From Macrostomum lignano (Eukaryota): 64,000 nucleotides of DNA. Location of the stretch: contig NIVC01000868.1 in NCBI GenBank assembly GCA_002269645.1, positions 248,001 to 312,000 on the forward strand, written 5' to 3'. The notes below the pieces were generated by a model. It saw nothing but the letters and a program-made list of their open reading frames with translations. It had not been told where the DNA came from and did not search any database. Positions within the stretch are counted from its first letter, which is position 1; each line of letters opens with the position of its first letter. The position numbers and the translations under genes were made by a program. This document shows positions 44,183 through 57,954 of the stretch, one piece after another.

Positions 44183-44315
44183 GGCTGGTGCGATGCAGGA
44201 ATTCAAACATTAATTCGCAGACCTAAGCAGTAGAGCAAACACAAGAATCTGAACTTAGAACCTGTCTAACCTTCCCATTACCGTCAGGTTTAATCATCTA
44301 AAAAATCACACCCGC

Positions 44316-44402
44316 TCAGAATCGACTGGCAATATCAGGACCCGGCTGTTTTACAAGCCAGATTGAGTCATTCCGCCCGACGCCGATGTATGAGCTCATC
44401 AT
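44316..44402 (-). ncRNA. Box C/D snoRNA, copy 4
   Basis: AUGAUGA...CUGA with the same two guides. Confidence 0.75.
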
Positions 44403-44832
44403 AGCTGGTGTGAGTTGATGTTTTAAGGTATAAAGCCTAGGCTATCAGTAAACTCGATATCAAATAAAAAGCAAGTCGAAAAAGGACATATTAAGAGTTG
44501 AAGGCAAAGCAAGGCATGTGAATAATAGCAATGCAAACATGCTTGGCAATGAATTCTCTGTGCGAGCAGCTCAGCCCTCAATGGGCAGTGAGAACTGCTG
44601 CGGCAGTCACTGAATAGAATCTGATAGAAGCGTCACTGAACCGAAATAAAATGATTAAAAAACGCAGAACCAGTGCAATGAAATCCTGGAGACATAAAAA
44701 ATCAAAGACTAAAAAATGGCTCAAACACCTGTCCAATTACAGCCGCACATCAGGCAGAGAAAGCATCACAGAACAAAAAGGATTTGGAACAGAGAAAGCG
44801 CAGACCCTGGCCCGATGGCCGTCAGCTCACTG

Positions 44833-44905
44833 GGCGAGCATCGATCAGCGAGGCCTGGGCTTCCGACTGGGCGGCTTTGCGCCGGGCCGCTTCATTCTGG
44901 CCACC
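44833..44905 (-). promoter_or_regulatory. SECIS element candidate (form 2)
   Basis: AUGAA (44891-95), 12-nt GC-rich helix, AAA (44876-78), mini-stem CCG/CGG, UGAU (44844-47); about 520 nt downstream of the in-frame UGA. Confidence 0.6.
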
Positions 44906-44983
44906 GGCCCGGGTCCGCGATGGGGGAGACAACGGTATCATAGGGGCTGTACTTTAGATTGCCCTAGCAGTAGTATATGCCAA

Positions 44984-45055
44984 GGGGGCAAATCAACTCA
45001 GTGGATGACGCGTCTGACTTAAGCGACACAGCGCCCGAGTTCGATTCTGCGCTCG
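44984..45055 (+). other. tRNA-like Pol III A/B-box segment (possible SINE head)
   Basis: AACTCAGTGG (44995-45004) and GAGTTCGATTC (45037-47) at tRNA-like spacing; no complete cloverleaf. Confidence 0.3.
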
Positions 45056-45418
45056 CATGTGGCTCCGGTCAGCAAAATGGGCATAAGTGCTGAGGTAGTG
45101 TCAAAGCTCCCCCAAAACTTTCCAACTCAACCAACCGCTTGTCTGCCACTCGAGTCTGAATCGAATTCTTTGAAATACTTCGCGTTCAACGCTAGCATTG
45201 ACCCCCACTCGACAGTACTCACTGCTAAGGCTGTATTGTACAAGAGTTCAGTTACGCACTAATTGGGACATACAAGTTCAAAAACTCCATTTAACCGCGC
45301 CAGCCAACTGTCGAGGCCGCAACCCGGCATTCGGTCCGGGCCCGGCCTGCAGCGGAATGCCGCCCCTTTCAAAGCCTCTGGAGGGGAAGGGGCGGCCATT
45401 CCCAGCTGGGAGGCGCAG

Positions 45419-45952
45419 TTAGCTTCATCCACCACCCGCGCTGGTGCAGGGCGGCGGGCGGTAGCGGGCCGCCGCTCCCGAGTCGCCGACCAGCGGGTTG
45501 TACTCATTGCGAAGGCGTCGCTTGCCGCCGCCGCTGCCGCCTCCAGAGGCATTGCGCCGCTGCTAAGCGGCGGAGACGGCGTCGGCCTCGTCGCCAGTGT
45601 ACTTCAGCAGCGAGCGGCGATTGCGGCCAGGTTGGCCAGGCACGTAGCCGGCAGAGGCTGAGGCGCTGTTGGCAGCGGTGGCCTCCACCTGCTTGGCCTC
45701 CCGCTGCTCTGCATCCAGCTGCAGCTGGCGGAGCTGTCTCTCGCGGGCCTCGGCAACGCGGGCCTGTCTGACTGCGAACTCCTCGCTGTCAGCCGCCGAG
45801 TCCGACCGCTTGGCGGCAGCGGCGCGGGCGCGCTGGGCGGCAGCGGCTGCCGCGGGCCGAACGTAGCGCGAGTAGATGAAAGCGGCAGCGCAGACTCCGA
45901 TGAGGAGAGGCCAGCCGTAGGTGGCCAGGAAATCTGCGGCCGCGTTTAGCAT
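45419..45952 (-). CDS. SELENOS: Selenoprotein S (VIMP)-like protein with C-terminal GGG-U-S
   Basis: N-terminal TM (TYGWPLLIGVCAAAFIY), coiled coil RQARVAEARERQ, and in the same frame RLRNEYNPLVGDSG..RYRPPPCTSAGGG-TGA(45425-27)-AGC-TAA. An in-frame TAG at 45563-65 is probably the acceptor of a 126-nt intron (45563-45688). Confidence 0.8.
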
Positions 45953-46149
45953 GGCTGGATTGGACTGGGGCTGCTTCAGTAGGGAGTCGAGAGCTGCGGG
46001 TGGGTGCGCAAGTTAATATGCGCTGCGGGATCAATTGCTCTAATGACACTTGGGACAAAGTGTGCCGTTGCTAAGGCACTGGAAAGCGGATGTGTGGCTG
46101 CTAGGAATACTGGAAACAGTCTAATAGGGGTGCGGTTGCTAAGTTCATT

Positions 46150-47035
46150 AGGAGTTGCTAAGTTCAACAGGATGTGAGGTTGCTAAGGACACAAGGAACA
46201 TGATGTGGGGTTGCTAACGACACAGGGAACATGATGTGGGGTTGCTAAGGATACAGGGAACAGGATGTGGAGTTGCTAAGGATACAGGGAACAGGATGCG
46301 AGGTTGCTAAGGACACAGGGAACAGGATGTGGGGTTGCTAAGAGCACAGGGAACATGTGGTTGCTAACGACACAGGGAACATGATGTGGGGTTGCTAAGG
46401 ATACAGGGAACAGGATGCGAGGTTGCTAAGGACACAGGGAACAGGATGTGGGGTTGCTAAGAGCACAGGGAACATGTGGTTGCTAACGACACAGGGAACA
46501 TGATGTGGGGTTGCTAAGGATACAGGGAACAGGATGTGGGGTTGCTAACGGCACAGGGAACATGATGTGGGGTTGCTAACGGCACAGGGAACATGATGTG
46601 GGGTTGCTAACGGCACAGGGAACATGATGTGGGGTTGCTAAGGTCACAGGGAACATGATGTGGGGTTGCTAACGGCACAGGGAACATGATGTGGGGTTGC
46701 TAACGGCACAGGGAACATGATGTGGGGTTGCTAAGGATACAGGGAACAGGATGCGAGGTTGCTAAGGACACAGGGAACATTATGTGGGGTTGCTAACGGC
46801 ACAGGGAACATGATGTGGGGTTGCTAACGGCACAGGGAACATGATGTGGGGTTGCTAAGGATACAGGGAACAGGATGCGAGGTTGCTAAGGATACAGGGA
46901 ACAGGATGCGAGGTTGCTAAGGACACAGGGAACATTATGTGGGGTTGCTAACGGCACAGGGAACATGATGTGGGGTTGCTAACGGCACAGGGAACATGAT
47001 GTGGGGTTGCTAAGGATACAGGGAACAGGATGTGG
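46150..47035 (+). repeat. 31-bp minisatellite (GTTGCTAA[G/C]G.CACAGGGAACA.GATGTGGG)
   Basis: About 28 copies upstream of the selenoprotein gene. Confidence 0.95.
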
Positions 47036-47829
47036 GTATACAATATAGTCTGAGCAACTGAACATCTCGTGAAACAGCGGCAAGGACGACCAATTTCGGC
47101 AGCAGATTTAATAGAAGCAGTAGCAGTCAATTCCGTACATACATAATAGATTAATTTGAAAAGCTAATGTATTTATAAACACTATTACATAGGCATTTAT
47201 GTCTACAAAATGAAACAGTATATAGGGATAAAACCAACAGAAACGTACTTGCAGGTCTTGCATTAGTTTACTTATGCATTCGAATATATCATAGAACAGG
47301 GCACGCATACAATATGAGTTTCGCTAGGGATTACAGAAATTGGTAACATTATTATACAGTAGCATTGCATATGCATGTAAGTACATGGTGTCCTACTTAG
47401 CAGCGACAGGCCGGGATGGAGACTAAAAACCGGTGCCGTTAATGACAAAGAGCAGAAATATTTAGCCAGACAGGTGCGCACAAACGCTCCGGCCTCTAGC
47501 AAGAGTAAGCAGGAAATGGAGAAAAAGATGACGCAATAAATAACCGCTCTTTAATTAAAGTTCGCACTCGCGCACATGTACAAATCAACTTACACGAACC
47601 AATCGAATACCTGATAAATTTCCAACTGGTTGTAGAAGCCGCGAGTACGGGGAGACCCTAGAAACAGAGCGCACAGGTTCGCTGAATGAGCAAAATGCCA
47701 AGTGAATTACACAGACAAATGGAGTGCCAGTTGGAACTGCGAACGCATCCGGGATGCGAAGTTCAGCGCACACGAGATAATCAAGCAACAGTTGCAGGCG
47801 ATTTGACTGCGTCAAGGACAGGGGAGAAC

Positions 47830-50800
47830 TCAGTCGAACTGGGTGTTGAGCAGCTCCTGCAGAAACTCTAGCGTGATGCCCTGGCCTCCGTGCTCAACCT
47901 GCAGAGTGGAGCCGTCGGGCTTGGTGATGAGCAGCACGGTGTCATCCAGATCCTGCAGGGTCACCCCGGGGAACATGGCGCTCAGGTCGATCTGCACGGC
48001 TTCGCCCGTGTCGGCAGCCACCGCGGACGCCACCGCCGCATGCTGCCCGTCCACTGCTGCCTCCGGGGCCGCCGCCGCAGCATCACCTTCAGTCGGCTGC
48101 TCGGCATTGGCACCGGAAGCGGCGGCCTGAGCATTGTCGCCGCCGCCAACTGCCGCCTTGGCCTCCGAAGCTCCGTCCACCGCACCATTCTTGTCGGCGG
48201 CATCCTTCGCGGCTCCGGCGTCTGGCTTCGCTGCAGCAGCAACATCCGACGAAACTTCCTCAGCTGCGGTGGCGGCGGAACCCTTGCCGGCCGAAGCTTT
48301 CGAAGGCGAGGCACCAGCAACTCCAGTGACCGTTACAGCGCCAGCAGACGAGGTGGCGGCCAGGGTGACTGCGCCAGCGGGCTGCTCAGCCAAGTCTGCC
48401 GACTCCTGCATCACGGCGATCTGCTCGCCAGTGATGCGGTTGAAGAACTGTCCGGTGGCCACCTCGATCACGAAGTCTGACGGCTGGCCGTTCTCGTCCA
48501 GCACCTGTGGGCGGCGATCAACCAAGATGCTTGAGCACTGGCGGCATTCATTGAAGATATTCAATGATTCGCTCACAATAGCTCTTATCTCTTCTCCCAG
48601 TGATCCCCGCAATCAGTTCCCATATCACAAATCTTCATTTTCAGGCATTTCAAATCCAAGAGCTCTGGATCCCCGATGGTCAACTGATCTCAGCTCAATT
48701 AGTACAGCCAGCGGCTCACCTGATAGTATCGCTCAACAGCGATGTCCTTGTCGGTGATGGCCGGCTGCCTCTGCGACTGCTGGCGAATCTGGGTGGACTT
48801 CGGGCCGATCTTCATGCTGAAACTGCCGGCGCTGGTGTCCGTCTGCACACCGGAGCCGCCGACGCTGGTGACAACGTCAGGTTCAACCGGGTGCGGCTGC
48901 AGAGTGGCGAAGCGGCTGGCCTGGCCGCCAGCCAAGTCCTGCTGCGCCTGCGACACGGCGGCAGCGGCGGCGCCCGGGCTGCGGCGGGACTGCAGTGAGG
49001 CGCGGTGCCTGGGAGGCAGGTAGCCCTCGTTGAAGGTGGGCCGCACGGTGTAGCTGCCTGCCTCCACGCCAAGGATGTCGGCCTTGGCCTGGCTGTCGAT
49101 GCACACGGAGCCGAGCGGGCGCGGCTCGCCAGTCGGAATTCGCACCAGGTGCTCCTTGAGAAATTTCCGGCTGATGTCGACCAGATTCACCTGAGAATAG
49201 CGGAGAGAGCAGCTCAGTTAAGGTTGGCGGCGGGAAGCAAGATGAAGGCTTTGAGCGAGCCACAGGCCACAGACAAGAATTTCACTGCGCCTTGCGCCTT
49301 CTGTGAATTCTGACAATTTTTTACAATACTATTGGATTTGCATTTACAATACTAAGCTTTCTAATAATCTTAGAAAACGGCCCAATGCCAAGAAGCTCGA
49401 CAAGACCGTCTTAAATGTCGAGGATGTCACCGCTGACAACTTTGTGAAATTCGCTCCAAAATACGCAAGACTCACCAGGTCGTCAACCAGCATGGCCAAA
49501 TTGGGCAGCGGCGGGTCGCCGCGCTCCGACTTCACAAGAAGGAAGTCGAACGGATTAGCCAGCTTAGCCAGCCGGGGCAGGCAGATGTCCACCAGCTCCT
49601 CATCCGTGCTGGTTTTCACCGCCGCTTTCAATGCGCTGCGCTTTCGCACCGGCACGTACTGGGTGCGCCGGGCATCGCGCTGCTCGTGGCGCAGCTGCAC
49701 GTGTTTGAGCAGCGCCTGGCGCGACATGAACTGCAGGTCGCAGCGGTCGCACTGGAAGATGATGGAGTCGTCAGGGTACAGGTAGCGGCCCGGCTTGCGG
49801 CCCTCCTCCTCGGCGATGGGATCAAAGTCCGGGTCCTCCTCCTCCGGCAGGCGCTTGCCGCGGCGCCGCTTCACGCCAGCCGGGCTGGCGCCGGTGTTGT
49901 CCAGGTCGCGGAGCAGCGACTTCGAGTTTGGGCTGAGGCCGGCGCGGCCGGCGGGGGTGCCCGACGGCTTTTGCACCTCGCTCATGATGGACTGGTTGTG
50001 CAGCACCTGCGACGGGCGCAAAAACAGCTCACATCAAAACATTATAGATAAGCTTGGGGATTGCAGTCAAGAAATCACGCCAGACCATAAATTATCTGCC
50101 TATCTCGGTAACTTCATTTGCAGATTCTAAGCCACTCAGATACTACTTGGAACCTGGCTCCCAGTCCAGAGCAAGTGTCTTATTGCTTTAAAGCAGGGGT
50201 CGGCAAACTTCTTTACCCCTAGTACAGATGCAGAATTCAGCTCAGGGCTGCGGGCCAGATGAAAGTGGAAAGGCGAGAAAATAGAAGAAGGGGAGGAGAG
50301 GAGAGGGGAGAGGAGAGAAGAGAAAGAAAAGGGGAGAGCTAAGAAGAGACATACCCTGAGCGGGCCAGATTGCTATCGTGGTTTCAAAGGACCCGAGGGC
50401 CGGAGTCTGCCGATCCCTGCTTTAAACATTCAAGTATCTTCACTTGTAAGGTTAACAATTGCCATTGTATATTAGAAAAAGCGCGTCATACTTAAATAAC
50501 CAACTACTGGCTACAGTAGTGTTGAAGCGAACAAGTAGGCACTGCACATTCCATTTCCCTCGATTGCTTGGCAGTTGGCATTACAGGCAGGTCCTGGGCT
50601 CACTTTCACCTACTTTATAATTGTACTTGGGATGCCATGGACACCATGGTACATCATCATGTTTATAGACAGACAGGTGAACAGGCCAATATTTCTCACC
50701 TGGGTGATCTGGCTAAGCTGCTCCTCGCTCAGGTTCTGCGTAGTAATAAATCGATTGCCCTGCTGAATGATTCTAATAGGATTTTTATTGGATCCCAGCG

Positions 50801-50927
50801 GCGCATTGGGATCCTGCACAGGGATGGTGGCCTGAATACGGCGCAGCTTCTCCATGTTGATGGTGGCTGGGGCGCCGCCCTCTGCCATATCGGCAGTAAA
50901 ACTGCTGTCAGCTCCGCTGTAGTCCAT
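47830..50927 (-). CDS. Uncharacterised protein with a single C2H2 zinc finger, about 634 aa
   Basis: Exons 50700-50927, 49476-50006, 48720-49190 and 47830-48504, all phase 0; CDRCDLQFMSRQALLKHVQLRH. Confidence 0.75.
50194..50419. mobile_element. hAT-type MITE, 226 bp, in an intron
   Basis: TIRs CAGGGGTCGGCAAACT / AGTCTGCCGATCCCTG; 8-bp TSD CTTTAAAG / CTTTAAAC; GCGGGCCAGAT occurs twice. Confidence 0.85.
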
Positions 50928-51039
50928 GATGGCTGGCTGGTGGCTGTAAGTGCATTTGGTCAAATGATATCACAATTTCATATTTTGATCAAATCTTGAT
51001 TATTTCAAGTCTTGAAAATCTTGAAAATATGATTTTGTT

Positions 51040-51310
51040 CCTACATTGTTCCTACATTGGAAAAATGAAGCAACACCTGCACACTAAAGCTAGGGAACAT
51101 TGGCTAAAAAGCTCTGCAATTAATGACCATCTGCTTATTTGTAAAAAATGTTGTGACAATGAACCAATTCAGCTCTTTAAAGTGCTGGATGGGTGCAAAT
51201 TTGACCATAAGCTTAAGATTATTGAAGCTTCTTATATCAGAATGCACAAACCCATCTTGAATGTGCAGCTTGCTGGCAATGGGGTGGAGCGTGAGCTAAG
51301 AGTACTGTGA
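51040..51310 (+). mobile_element. Penelope-like element remnant (GIY-YIG endonuclease C-terminus)
   Basis: YIGKMKQHLHTKAREH..SSAINDH..C..FKVL..LKIIEASYIRMHKPILNVQ. Confidence 0.75.
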
Positions 51311-51456
51311 ACAGAGCCATGCCTATCTTTCTCTCTCTTTCCCTTTGTTATGTACTTGGCACTTTTGAAATTCTACCAGACTGTTTTGACCTGCCTTTGG
51401 ACTGTACAGTTTGTTTTGCTTAAATATATTGGTGCTGAAAATTAAGGTTAGTTGAA

Positions 51457-51501
51457 TTTGCCCTGACGACGTCTTGTGTTTGACGAAATGCATTGGCTAA
51501 A
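51457..51501 (+). ncRNA. Minimal type I hammerhead ribozyme of Penelope type
   Basis: GCC-CUGACGA-C-GUC(loop)GAC-GAAA-UGCA-UU-GGC; palindromic stem III AUGCAU; predicted cleavage after 51494. Confidence 0.65.
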
Positions 51502-51544
51502 AAGAAAAATTTTATTTTATGTTTTTGTTGACGTTTATTTTCCT

Positions 51545-52000
51545 ACTATGGTTTATAATCATCCAAATGTACATTTCCTATTAAAATGATTGTGAACCAA
51601 AGCTGGCTATAAGAAAGGGTGTCAAATAGTCCCGTATGTCAAGTAGCAAGTCTGAGATAATAGCTTATATATCACCTTCCATTTACAATCACCCAAATGT
51701 ATATTTCCCATTAAAATGATTGTGAACCAAAGCTAGCTATAGGAAAGTGTCAAATATAACAAATAGTCATATGCAGAAAACTGCTGCTTATTCTAGATCA
51801 AGGACATCAAAATCTCCCTTTCACCTTTGGTTTACAATCACTTCCACATATGCACTTTGCTGAAATGATTGCAAACCAAAGCTGGCAATATATCCTTTAT
51901 CATAAGTGCATATGCATGATGTACAATATTAATTTTAACCCAGCTTTGGTTCACAATCACAATCATTTGTTACATATTCAAATGATTATATACCAAAGCT
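51545..52000 (+). repeat. Degenerate dispersed sub-repeats (TTTACAATCACCCAAATG..AAAATGATTGTGAACCAAAGCT), 3-4 copies
   Basis: Copies near 51551, 51682, 51831 and 51948. Confidence 0.65.
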
Positions 52001-52789
52001 TATATATAAGCATCATCCAACAAATTGCACTTTAAATTAGGTTTTTTAGTTTTTTAGTTTTGAAGCTGCCATTATTGCATTGCCATAAGCAAAATATAGG
52101 TGATTATTAACTGAAACTAGCAAGATAAGAAGGTGATTGTAAACTGAAGGAATGCCTATATTAATTGATGACAAGGCATTTAGCTTAAATAAGAGGCTAT
52201 TTATAATTTAAAGTACTATGTAAATATTTCTAGTGTTTTTTATAATTATATAGTAACTAGAATAAATACCTTATAAATAGTAATCCCATATTATCAAGGA
52301 CTACTCAATATTTGTCCTTGTATTTTTTTTCATAATGAGTTTAAACTAACTAGAGCCAATAGACAGAGTTTAGATATGATTTATGTTTATAGCTTAGCAT
52401 CTTTTATTAGCTTATAGTATTTCTACTATAACTAATGCAAAGTATAAAGGGTTTTTCAAAAAAACAAATAAGAATATAATTTTTTGCCTTTAAAAGGATA
52501 TATTTTTAGTCAAATATAATTAGACAATAGCTATAACTAGAGTTTTTTATAGGTAAATCACATTTTTTGGTCAAAAAGTAAATTGCATAGCCAATGTAAA
52601 TCAGGAGGTTGCACGTGTATACTGGATATAACATTAAAAGTATCAATATATTACATTTTTACTATTAGAAGATAATTCTAAATAAAATATTATTGGCTTA
52701 ATGGTAGCATTTATAGAATTTCCTAGGATAGGACAGAGAGTTTTACTACAACTTTGGTAGCTTAATGATAGGATCTGATAAGGCAAAGC

Positions 52790-53720
52790 AAACCCCATCT
52801 CCCCATGGCCATCCTATCAATTTATCATAGTTATTATTAAAAATAAATAGAAAAAAAGTCTTATTGCTTAACTAAAAATATATCATATGGTATATATACA
52901 CAATCTATATACTAAAAATGAAAATCCATGTGGGGCATAGGACTAGCTGTTTTTTTCTAAATTTGGGATAGAAGTGCTTATCCCCATGGTCCCATGCCAA
53001 TATTTCTAATTTTATCCACACGAATCTATGTCAATAATTTTCAGCTTATCTTCATGGTAGCTTATTGAAATAGCTGCCACCATTCAAGTCTATAAGCCAT
53101 GTCAATCGTTCCGATTTTATCCACATGGATCAATGTTGATAATTTCTAGCTTATCCCAAAAGTAGCTTATTGGAATAAAGAGCCTTAAAATGAATCTGTT
53201 CAAAAACTGTCTTTTTGTTTTCACTGTTCTACAAATCTTCCAAATAAACTATATGTATTGAATACTGAATAGTATCAAGTACTTTGTTAAAACTTTTCAT
53301 CATTAAAATAATAAAAGGGTTAATTTTAAATATTTGCTTAGCTGCCAGCTTTACTTAGAACGACCAAACAACCCAAAGATTGAGGTGAATGAAACTTGCA
53401 ATTGCAAAATTCAACTTTTAATTTCTAGTAATAATGATAATATTACTAATAATAATAACAATATCAATTTAAGGTCAGTACACAAAACTAAACACAAACA
53501 ACTGCACAATCTTAGCCATGGGGATAAGCTGAAAATTATTGACACGGATCTGTGTGGAGAAAATTGGAATTATTGACATGGCCTATATAGACTTAAATGG
53601 TGGCAGCTATTTCAATAACTTGAATAAGCTGCCATGGGCATAAGCTAGAAATTATTGACATGGATCCATGTGGATAAAATTGGAATTATTGGCACAGGAC
53701 TGTGGGGATAAGCACATCCA
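52790..53720. mobile_element. Foldback-like element with modular inverted arms
   Basis: AATTTTATCCACA..GTCAATAATTTTCAGCTTATC (about 53010-53050 and 53115-53157) is inverted relative to GATAAGCTGAAAATTATTGAC..TGTGGA.AAAATT (about 53523-53570 and 53641-53685). Confidence 0.6.
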
Positions 53721-54754
53721 TTTGGGATTGGCTTAAAAGAAAAAGGCAAATGAAATTGGCTCCTATACAGAGGCAAAAAATAATAACTACAAGAGGCCTC
53801 CTCACAGATAACAATAATTATGTACAAAATTACACAGGGAATTAATTATAAAGATGGAGGCCTATTCACGAGCTAAGCTAAGCTAAGCGACAAGCTAATT
53901 TTTATTTTTTACCATCATTTAGACTTAGTAGACAGTCGTGCAATATCGAATATTCGAATTCGTTATAACTCTTATACTGCCCAATCCATAGGCTTATGAC
54001 TAGGCCTAGGCCTACAATGTAAGTATAATCGATGTTTTGAACAATGACTAAATTTGTTTATTATTGGTAGAATATTGGTAGATAATTGGTAGAATATTTG
54101 CTTATAGAAGAGATATTTCCAGTTCACATTACAATTTGCGAATAACTGTTAATAACCGACCATATATAAACTTTTCGCAATTTGACGAAAACTTAAAAAG
54201 CGATTGCACCATTATAACACAAGCGATCAAACAAGAAACAAATTTGTGTTCAATAGAACAGTTGCGGGTTTAAAGTAAATATGCTTATTTTAATTAAATG
54301 AACAAAAAATAGGAAAGATGAATAAAGATATTTAGGAATTCTATTGGTCAGCATTTCTGCATTTTAGTTGTTATAGCGAATAACTAACTTTATCGCTAGA
54401 CGCTAGCTAAAAGACGTGAACAGGTACGTGTAAAAAGCACAAAAAATATCGTTTGTAACTGACATCAAACTTTGCATTATACACTTTATATTTAAAAACT
54501 AAAACAAATTCTTTTGTGATTTTTACTTTCGTTTGTATTTAAAAATAAAATACTTCCTAAAATACAATTAAACAAATTTAGCAACACAAAAACAGCAATT
54601 ATATATGGTCAAAATTGTTTTCAGCGGTTTTTTTTAACTTAAGATTGAAACATCTTTATTTATATAACTGTTTGTTTTGCTTTGTTTTATCTTTACTTTT
54701 ACATATCTAGTTTTACCATATACATTATACATTAAATTTTAAGTCAGATAAACT

Positions 54755-57377
<2,623 letters not shown>

Positions 57378-57954
57378 CCGGGTCACGTGACAGACTTCCC
57401 GACTGTTAAAATGATTGCAATAGCTCGCGTGGCAGGCATCTCGTGACCCGGAGCGGAAGCAGTGCATGCTTGTAGAGAATTTTGCAGCTAACTCACATTG
57501 TGATTAGTTTTCTTTGCTCTTACTGTTTTATTTTCTAAATGATAATTATTGATATTCTTATGATGATAGCAAATTTTTACGTTGCTACTAGTAGTAGGTG
57601 AGCGCAGACATACAGTGTACATAGATATTTTTTAACCGACTCGTCCCTCAAGGCTCTGCCGAATCCGTGCTGTGTAAATTGTCCGCTCATTCCGTCCGGC
57701 AGTTCATTCTGCATTCTCTTTCTTCATCACATCACAAAGCGCCAGAAGCAGCTCAGGCTTTGGTGCTGCAGTTCCGCGTCAGGTCAGACATGATTATTTT
57801 TCCTTTGCCTTTGACCAGATTATTTTCGTGCCTTGTTATTTTGTCGATTAACTATTTTCATTTTTTGCCATTTCCTCGAAACGTTTTCTAATCATTTTTG
57901 GAGTTTTGCATGTCGCCAACTCGAAATATTTGAGCCCCATTCTCCTTCATGCCC

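Noticed and set aside
43720-44405. CRISPR-like repeat/spacer pattern
   Set aside because: The context is eukaryotic with no cas genes, and the repeats carry C/D boxes with irregular spacing. snoRNAs explain it better.
44984-45055. Functional tRNA gene
   Set aside because: No convincing acceptor stem or anticodon arm could be folded.
45563-45565. UAG codon reassignment or pyrrolysine
   Set aside because: TAG is a genuine stop elsewhere (MFS last exon at 36055). An intron ending at this AG is the simpler explanation.
48505-48612. N-terminal extension of ORF 47830..48612 as coding
   Set aside because: There is no good acceptor there. CCCACAG|GTGCTG at 48504 gives a phase-consistent junction.
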